A stretch of DNA of 33,994 nucleotides from an uncultured virus (IMG/VR IMGVR_UViG_3300028920_001041). Its lineage: Duplodnaviria > Heunggongvirae > Uroviricota > Caudoviricetes. Below, in pieces: positions 1 through 7,600 of this stretch (position 1 is the first letter of the stretch; every line of letters begins with the position of its first letter). The notes under the pieces were generated by a model, which saw nothing but the letters and a program-made list of their open reading frames with translations, was not told the DNA's origin and ran no database searches. Position numbers and translations under genes: made by a program. The stretch is taken from the IMG/VR virus record IMGVR_UViG_3300028920_001041. One strand, given 5' to 3'.

Positions 1-19
1 TTTTCAATGAAGATTAACA

Positions 20-619
20 ATGAATGATGATTCTTTGGGATCAGTCCGGAAGAAAATGTTCGCGTTAACACCTGTTCATTTTACTATTGGTAAAAAAGCA
101 CCAAGGGGATTTGAGTCCAAACAAGACTTCGAAACCCGTACAAAAGCGGAGAATACATCTATTGCTCAACTGATGAAAAATTCAGAAGAGTTATATGAAA
201 AGATTCTTCAAGCTAACGCCGATAAGAAAGTGACAATTAACGGGAAAAAAATGTCTGTAGCATTCGCAATCGTCTACAGAGATATTTTCTTGCCCAGAAA
301 GAAGGATCAGTTAACAATATTGAAGTTTCAATATCAAAAAGTATTAACTGAGATCGATAACATTAACGAACAAGCAAAACGAGAAGTTGATCAAATTATT
401 CAGACTTCTTCACAAGCCGAAAAACCTAACGCTGAAGAATCAAAGAAAGCGTATGAGTTTCACATAGGCAATCGTGAGGCAAAGTTAATCGATCCGTTAG
501 GCATTAAAGATGATATTGATAAATTGCAAGCCGAAATTGAGATCATTGAAAGCGATCTTCAAACTCAATTATACACCAATAATATATCTACGGATATAGA
601 TTGGTCTCCTGAAAGTTGA
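20..619 (+). CDS. Helical coiled-coil protein, DIP1984/DUF6847-like; N-terminus possibly missing
   Basis: Motifs ILQANADKKVTINGKKMSVAFAI and KLIDPLGIKDDIDKLQAEIE...LYTNNISTDI resemble this family as I recall it. The in-frame TGA at 8-10 blocks upstream extension. Confidence 0.5.
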   Translation: MNDDSLGSVRKKMFALTPVHFTIGKKAPRGFESKQDFETRTKAENTSIAQLMKNSEELYEKILQANADKKVTINGKKMSVAFAIVYRDIFLPRKKDQLTILKFQYQKVLTEIDNINEQAKREVDQIIQTSSQAEKPNAEESKKAYEFHIGNREAKLIDPLGIKDDIDKLQAEIEIIESDLQTQLYTNNISTDIDWSPES

Positions 620-627
620 CAGATATT

Positions 628-964
628 GAGGTGCGTTTTACGACTCGTAAAAACACGGCCCTTTAGGGAGTGAGGGTTATCACTCCCTATCCCGCCCCTA
701 CGAGGGGCACAGGTAGATGGAACCTGCAAATAGACAAGAAGCATATATAAATGCTTCACCAACTCGTAATCTTTAATATTGTAATCTTAAGCACGGTCAT
801 TAGCTATGAAGCGGGGGCTTTACCTCGTGGAGCGTTCAGACCAATAAGATCGTAAGATCTAATTTTTGACACAATTCTAAGATTTGATTTTATAATATTG
901 CAAGTTTCAGACACAAGTCGGAATGAAGGTAAAATAGGTTTTCCAGTGGACCTTGCGGCGCCTC
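628..964 (+). ncRNA. Candidate structured ncRNA 1 (about 340 nt)
   Basis: Closing helix GAGGTGC 628-634/GCGCCTC 958-964. Internal hairpins at 636-652, 664-689, 694-708, 710-726, 738-757 and 811-828. No credible ORF; GC richer than the flanks. Confidence 0.6.
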
Positions 965-1009
965 CGGTTAAGATGTATCTCAATTATCGTCAAAAGAAGT
1001 AATTAATTT

Positions 1010-1031
1010 TTTCTACATTTATAGAGAAATA
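1010..1031 (+). promoter_or_regulatory. Putative phage promoter, class A (TTTC-N6-TATAGAGAAATA)
   Basis: Copy of the recurring intergenic motif, just upstream of candidate ncRNA 2. Confidence 0.6.
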
Positions 1032-1043
1032 GTACACTTAATT

Positions 1044-1360
1044 AGTTGCCCTTTCCGTAAGTTACTCCGGTATTTGCCGGCCTTGTCACCAACTTATTGG
1101 TCAATAAGGGCTTGCATCGGGGCTTGGATAGACGAATCGTTTCCAGCTCTGTCGTCGTCGAAATCTCCGTGCATACCACCGGTTAACAGAGCGACCTTTC
1201 GCGTGGTGGGCACCGCCCCGTATGACTAAAAGTAGTATCTTATTACTACCTCCTATTCAAGTTATGATTCTCCTCATAATTTGAACACTACATGATTCTG
1301 TAGTGAAATCTCTCGGTTTACTGGGGAGTTAATTCTCCCCAGTGAATCACTATTTTTTTT
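1044..1360 (+). ncRNA. Candidate structured ncRNA 2 with a possible pseudoknot and anti-SD-like motifs
   Basis: Lies between the promoter motif and a terminator. Helices 1048-1053/1106-1111, 1118-1123/1215-1220, and 1146-1152/1186-1192 crossing 1175-1179/1203-1207. Hairpins 1232-1249, 1256-1285 and 1286-1305. Confidence 0.55.
1315..1360 (+). terminator. Intrinsic terminator
   Basis: GGTTTACTGGGGAG-ttaatt-CTCCCCAGTGAATC followed by a T8 tract. Confidence 0.85.
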
Positions 1361-1375
1361 ATTTTTGAGGTAAAA

Positions 1376-1834
1376 ATGAAAGTAGATGATATTCAGCAAA
1401 TACTGTCTTTAGTTAAATTAGAACTTATATGGTCTTTAGTATTAGGCGGAGTAGCACTTTATATTTTTATATTAGTCAAAGATTTTTTAACGACATTAGT
1501 CCATTATCATCAGTTTAAGTCAAATAGTTATGTATCAATAGGTAACATGGTGAGTGTTAATGGATTTATTGGTCGAATTAAGAACTTCAGTAAAACCAAT
1601 ATAATAATAGAAGGTGAATCAGGATATTATAGAGTACCTATGAATCGTTGGCAATTCCATAAATGGATATTCCTTAGAACTGAATGGAAACAAGATTCTG
1701 AAATAGCGGGGCGTAGATTAGGACTTAGGAAAGATGATGATATTCAGATAGATCGTGAGTTATTTCAAAAAGTAGCGGCTGTATTAAATCATTTCGAAAA
1801 GGAGAAAAAAGCGAATGATAGTGGTGGTAATTAA
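1376..1834 (+). CDS. Membrane protein with an MscS-like beta domain
   Basis: N-terminal hydrophobic segment (LIWSLVLGGVALYIFILV), then SIGNMVSVNGFIGRIKNFSKTNIII, resembling the MscS GDxVxxxGxxGxV beta domain. GAGG RBS. Confidence 0.55.
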   Translation: MKVDDIQQILSLVKLELIWSLVLGGVALYIFILVKDFLTTLVHYHQFKSNSYVSIGNMVSVNGFIGRIKNFSKTNIIIEGESGYYRVPMNRWQFHKWIFLRTEWKQDSEIAGRRLGLRKDDDIQIDRELFQKVAAVLNHFEKEKKANDSGGN

Positions 1835-2336
1835 TGGTGCTGCAGAAAGTGGAAAAGATAAATTCATTAGATATATTAAACAGAATGAGAATTATGATTA
1901 TACAACAATAAATCTTTCAACAATTGATCCTTCTAAAGAAGCATTAAAAATATTAGGATGGAATGGAGTATATAAAACTGAAGAAACACGTCAAGCAATG
2001 GTAGATTTAAAACGAATATCAATGAAATTATTTAATGGTCCATTTAAACATATTGTTGAACAAATAAAAGGAATATCACAATTGACAACAAAAACCAATT
2101 GGGTAATTTTTGTTCACTGTCGAGAACCTGAAGAAATACAAAAATTAGTTGATTATTATAAACGAGAGTGTATAACTCTATTAATAAGAAGTTCCCGAGG
2201 AAAAGCTCTAAAGAATGGGTCAGATGATGTAGTTGAAAATTATGATTATGATCATATTATAGATAATAATGAAACGCAAGATATTCTAAAAAATAAAGCT
2301 ATTGATTTTGCAAATAAACATTTAATTCAGGAGTAA
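1815..2336 (+). CDS. P-loop nucleoside monophosphate kinase-like protein
   Basis: N-terminal VVINGAAESGKD P-loop; VHCREPEEI and YDHIIDNN motifs typical of phage dNMP-kinase-like proteins. Confidence 0.7.
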   Translation: MIVVVINGAAESGKDKFIRYIKQNENYDYTTINLSTIDPSKEALKILGWNGVYKTEETRQAMVDLKRISMKLFNGPFKHIVEQIKGISQLTTKTNWVIFVHCREPEEIQKLVDYYKRECITLLIRSSRGKALKNGSDDVVENYDYDHIIDNNETQDILKNKAIDFANKHLIQE

Positions 2337-2340
2337 AATT

Positions 2341-4167
2341 ATGGGAACACAAATTCAAGGAATGGGATCTGTAACTGTTGATGATGTATACGAGAAGATA
2401 AAAGCTGGAGAAAGTCTTGATAAAAAGATAGCATATTCTCATCCAGAAAAAACGAAAAATAAATCAGTCCGAATTTCAATAGGTAGAGTGTGGTTTAATG
2501 AACTTTTACCAGATGAATGGCCACTCGTTAATGAACCTATTAATAATGATAAAATGACTACTATTATAAAACAGTTTGTTAAAAAATATGACTCAGAAAA
2601 AACTGCAGACTTAATTGGTGATATTAAACGAGAAGCATTTAAACTTGCCACATTGAGTCCAAGTTCTTTTAACATTGATACATTTATTCCACCAGACGAA
2701 TGGTTACAATTGAAATCCGAGTTCCAAAAGAAATGGACTAATACTCCAAAAGATGAAATAGATATTAAAGTATTCACAAAAGAAGCTGATAAATTAAGTA
2801 AAGTGTTAGTTAACCATATGGATAAATCTGGATTTAAAATTCAAGATGTAATGAATAGTGGTTCGAGAGGAAATGCTATACAAGATTGGAAAACTCTACT
2901 TGTTTCTAAAGGATACGTTCTTGATATTGAAGGGAACATTAGAGGTCCTATTATTGAAGGGCAATCAGATGGATACACTCAAGAAAACTATTATCATGCA
3001 GCATCTCAATCTCGACGAACTCTTTATTATAAGTCAACAATGACAGCTAAACCAGGATATCTATCTAGAAAAGTAACAATGTCAAACGCAAATGTTGTTG
3101 TTGATTCTACTAGAAATGATTGTCGTACAAGAAAATATTTCGAACTATCTGTTGATTCTAATAACTCTAAACTTCTTTTAAATAGAAACCATATTGTTAA
3201 AGGAGAAATTAAAAGAATAAGAGATGTAGCAGATATTGAAGGTCAAACGATTAAGTTAAGATCTCCTATATATTGTAGGGCAAAAAAAGGAATATGCCCT
3301 GTTTGTTATGGTGGGCATTATAAAGACTTAGGAACAACCAATATTGGTATTCTTGCTGGTGGTGCCATTAATATGGTTGCTATTAACAGTATGATGAAGC
3401 TAAAACATAAAGCTAGTCAAATCGAAATTATTGATGTCAATTTTAAGAAACTTATTAAATCATCAAGTGAAGATATATCTATAATTAATAAACTAATTGA
3501 AATTAGAGAAAAAGAAATTATTGCGAAAACAAACTGTACAATATTATTAGATAAAAGTGATTATGATGAATCAACATTAATAGATACTGGTGAAGAAATT
3601 TTTATACCTGGCATATTCAATCTATACGTTGGTGACATATCTAAAAACAAATTTATATCTCTCCCATTTAACTTTCAAGTACATTTAAATAAACCAGAAG
3701 ATTATGTTGTTGATGGTAAAACTATTATATTAAGATATACTCAAGGTGAGAAGATATTAAGTCAAGATTATTACACAAAACAAACTGAACCGAGTGTAAT
3801 AGATAGAATATTAGGTGGAGCTTTAAAATATATTAATAGCCCTGAAGCGTTAATATCTGCAGCTCACGATCAACTACCATCCCTTGACTTAGTACATATT
3901 GAATTAGTAGTAAGTAATATGTTCCGGCTTAAAGATGATTTAACTATTCCTTGTAGATTGTCTAACTACAAAGATTTTGAAATTGTTGGTATCAAAAAGC
4001 TTCCGCATATTAATAGTTGGTTAACTGGCTTAAGTTTCGAAGATCCCAATAAGGCTATTAAATTAGCATTACTTAATTCAAGGGACAATGATATGAACCC
4101 AATCGAGAAGATTCTCCTCGAGAAATTCTATGATCAAAAGGAGAGAAATCAGAGGGATGAACCGTAA
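2341..4167 (+). CDS. rpoC: DNA-directed RNA polymerase beta' subunit, C-terminal half (split gene)
   Basis: IGRVWFNELLP, SGSRGN, bridge helix TAKPGYLSRKV, Zn site LRSPIYC..ICPVCYG, HIELVVSNM, SWLTGLSFE. No catalytic DxDGD motif in this ORF. Confidence 0.93.
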   Translation: MGTQIQGMGSVTVDDVYEKIKAGESLDKKIAYSHPEKTKNKSVRISIGRVWFNELLPDEWPLVNEPINNDKMTTIIKQFVKKYDSEKTADLIGDIKREAFKLATLSPSSFNIDTFIPPDEWLQLKSEFQKKWTNTPKDEIDIKVFTKEADKLSKVLVNHMDKSGFKIQDVMNSGSRGNAIQDWKTLLVSKGYVLDIEGNIRGPIIEGQSDGYTQENYYHAASQSRRTLYYKSTMTAKPGYLSRKVTMSNANVVVDSTRNDCRTRKYFELSVDSNNSKLLLNRNHIVKGEIKRIRDVADIEGQTIKLRSPIYCRAKKGICPVCYGGHYKDLGTTNIGILAGGAINMVAINSMMKLKHKASQIEIIDVNFKKLIKSSSEDISIINKLIEIREKEIIAKTNCTILLDKSDYDESTLIDTGEEIFIPGIFNLYVGDISKNKFISLPFNFQVHLNKPEDYVVDGKTIILRYTQGEKILSQDYYTKQTEPSVIDRILGGALKYINSPEALISAAHDQLPSLDLVHIELVVSNMFRLKDDLTIPCRLSNYKDFEIVGIKKLPHINSWLTGLSFEDPNKAIKLALLNSRDNDMNPIEKILLEKFYDQKERNQRDEP

Positions 4168-4681
4168 AAAAGGTGTTAGCGTAAAAGAACAAGGGAACAG
4201 AGAAGAGAGAAAGCAAGCAAAGAAACTGAGTGAATGGATGTTTGGTGACAAGGACATGTTAAAGAAACAATCTGATTCTGGAGCATTAGAGATCATATGG
4301 AGTGGGGATGTTGTTCCAATGAAACAAATGCCCGATGAGTGGAACAAAAAATGGCCATTTTTAATGGAGGTAAAAAATGGATATAAAAAACATTATCCTG
4401 ATTTCTGGAGGTACACTCAACTAACAGCATGGGTTAAGAAAGCACATAAAGAAAGTAAAACTCATAATCAGAATGTTTTATTCATAGTTACTCAGTTCTT
4501 TAGAAAAACTGCTTTAGTTACCACAAACTATTGTCCAACTGCTTTACCTTTTAAAGTTTCCTTCCCTATAGAATTAGATGATCAATGGAAATTTATGTAT
4601 GTATATAGATTGAAAGATATGATGAATATTGATTTTCGAGAGGTATTTAATTTTAATACACTAATAAATGGGAGCGGATGA
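4157..4681 (+). CDS. Hjc-like PD-(D/E)XK Holliday junction resolvase
   Basis: GNREERK..KLSEW, SGA, GDV and MEVK motifs. The ATG at 4157 is more plausible than the track start at 4130. Confidence 0.7.
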   Translation: MNRKKGVSVKEQGNREERKQAKKLSEWMFGDKDMLKKQSDSGALEIIWSGDVVPMKQMPDEWNKKWPFLMEVKNGYKKHYPDFWRYTQLTAWVKKAHKESKTHNQNVLFIVTQFFRKTALVTTNYCPTALPFKVSFPIELDDQWKFMYVYRLKDMMNIDFREVFNFNTLINGSG

Positions 4682-7600
4682 TGGATGATCAAATATTAAT
4701 ACAAGAATTAAACTTGAGTTCTCTTAGACCAACAACATTGGTTAAAGGAACTCTACGAGTGGATAGACAGGCAATCTTCATTGTTTTACCAGATACTAAT
4801 CTAAGAATCTGGAATGAGATATATAATACTGGGTTGCTCTTGACTAATTGTCAAGCTATTATATCCCCTGCGAAAAGATTTACTATTGGGCGTAGAAAAT
4901 TTAACGCAAAGTTACATCAATTAGATCTAAGAAAGCAATTACTTAAAAGGGAAGGACCAGGTAAGAAATTAAGAGTAGTATCTACTGTTCCTATAAACCT
5001 AAGAAATAAGAAGAACAAACTTACTTCAGCAAAACCGAAATCGCAGTATTTCTTCTATGATGCGACTGTTTATTCTGATGCACTTAAATATCTAGCAGAA
5101 AGATTTAGCGGCAAAATGCTGACTACTATGATATTTAAAGAACTATCGTCTTTATATATAAATTTAAAGACACTATTACCAACATCTAGCATTGAGTTAT
5201 TACTCTTGATTAAAAATCATGAAGGTCAACTTGCTGAAATGATTAACAATCTACATATGAGACTTCCAGAAAAAGAATTCTCTGGACTTAGACTTTATGA
5301 TAATTTTACGATTGTTTCAAATACAGATAAAGTATTATTACCAATCGCATACAAAAGAAAAGGTAATAATGTTCTTCATCGTCCTAATATTTCTAAAATT
5401 GAGAAATTCTTAGCAGCAGAAGAAATGTCAAAAGAAGTAGAAAAAGAATCTCCATTTCAGCCTACTGATGTCGATTTTAATAAAGGTGACACTTTTGTAA
5501 ACAAACTTGTGAGAAGCTTAAGAAAATCAAATCTTAGAACCAATATAAATGATAGTGGTGATATAAAAGTAGGATTAGATCCTGATAAAGTCACTAATAT
5601 TTTAAAGAAGAACAAAATTGATGATCCAGATATTGCAATTAATGTTAAATCATCAATTGATGCTTATATGCTTGATAAAGGTGATAAACTGACAACAGAT
5701 GAAGCAGAAAGTATAGTAATGAAAGCTATAAACTATACTGTTCATGGTACAGATGATGTTCCTGATGAATATATTGCTAAACCTCAACTACTCTTTAATA
5801 AATTAAAAGAGATTAAAACATACCGTGTTCCTCTTGACTACCCAGATTTAGAGTATCCAATTAGTCCTAAATCATCTGTTGATATTGATCATACAACAGG
5901 GCAATTTCGCCAAAAATTTGAGTTTGAAAAAGCTATCCATGAAAATGTTAGAAATCTATTAAAATCAGTTGAAGATGTTAAAGAACATCCAATAAGAATT
6001 AAGAAAGTTGATTGGGAGTTAGATGATAACATGCAAGATAGAGTTATCAACTACAAAGTAACTTTACAGAATTTAACTGGCGAGAATAAGAAACCATATA
6101 TCGTTGAATTAAAAGTACCAGCTACTATTAACGATAAATATTTTAAACTTCATGGTAGCACCTATATTATTGCTTCGCAACAATTTATGAAACCTGTGAC
6201 TAAGACAGACAAGAATGAAGTTCGAATTCTCAGTAACTATGCTATTATAAGAATTGGAATTAAAAATCTGAAATTTAATCCAGGTGATGTTGATGAAATA
6301 ATTGATAAATATGTTAAGATTAGATATCCGAATTTAATTAAAAAACAAGAGTCTAATTCGGTTATGTTTAAAGATGGATCAGTTATAAACTTTATTGGAG
6401 ATACTGTGTACGAAGAGCCAGACAGAGTAGTCACTATTGATTCTGATACTGGTAAATTAAAAGATCAAGATGGATCAGAAATGAATATCGGGAAAAATGA
6501 ATTTATATACGAAATTATTCTCGAAAAGATTTTTAAAGTGAATCCAGATGATATGATGTATAGAACTAAAAAATCTGTCCCATTTATGTATATATATCTA
6601 AGTGGTATGACTATTCCTCTTATTATATATCAATGGAGTCAAAAAGGACTTTTAACAGCATTAAATGATCTCGGAATTGATTATGAATTTTCTAATACTG
6701 ATAAATTAACTGAAGCCGTTGATGCTCAAGTATCGCCGACACAAGCTTACGCATTTGTAGCTACAGGAGATCAATTCTTAGCTATTAAACCAAAGTCAAC
6801 GAAAGAAAAATTGATTGTTAATGGAATTCTTGTTGGTAGACTAAAGAAACCTATTGATAATTTAGATGATCCTGCACAAATTGAAGAACATATTTCTAAC
6901 GTATATGGATCTGGAGCAGTTTACAACATACACAATATGACTGAGAATATGATTGATCCTGTTACTAAAGAACTTCTCGAATTTGAAAATCTACCAACTA
7001 AGTTACCAAATCTAGTTTCGAGTCACTGTGTCCCAATGCTTATGAATAATAAAGCGGACAGTTTATCTGATTTAAAAATATACAGATCTCGAATGTCAGA
7101 AATGGTATTACAAAGCATGTATAAACAAATTAAACAAGCGCATACAGAATACAAGAATAAAGTATCATTTGGTGATCCTAAAGCAGAACTTTGGTTGGAT
7201 AAAGAGTATATCATTAGAGATATGATTACCGATGCTGGAGTGTTACAACATACCGAACCTGTAACTCCTGTTGATGAAATTATGCTCGCTTCTAGAGTAA
7301 TTAAATCAGGCAAGGGTGGTGTTCAGAGTAAACAAATGTTTAAAGTAGAACAGCGAAATATACATCCATCACAATATGGTATTATTTCGGCAAATTCGAC
7401 TCCAGAAGGTAGTAATGTCGGTATCATAAATCGTCATACTTTAACACCCGTAATTGTTAACAAATATGGATCATATGGTGCTAAAGACATATCAGGACAA
7501 TCTGGATGGAATATGTTATCAATTGAAGAGTCATTAGTTCCTTTCCAAAATGAAATGGATAGTGAACGACTTGTAATGGCAGCAACACATCAAGGACAAG

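Noticed and set aside
565..762. Minus-strand 65-aa ORF
   Set aside because: Antisense to the structured RNA, no RBS, against the uniform gene orientation.
1118..1180. tmRNA or tRNA (GGGGC start, ACCA)
   Set aside because: No T-arm GTTCRA, no acceptor stem ending in CCA, no tag frame.
620..1375. CRISPR or other repeat-spacer array
   Set aside because: The hairpins differ in sequence; no regularly spaced direct repeats.
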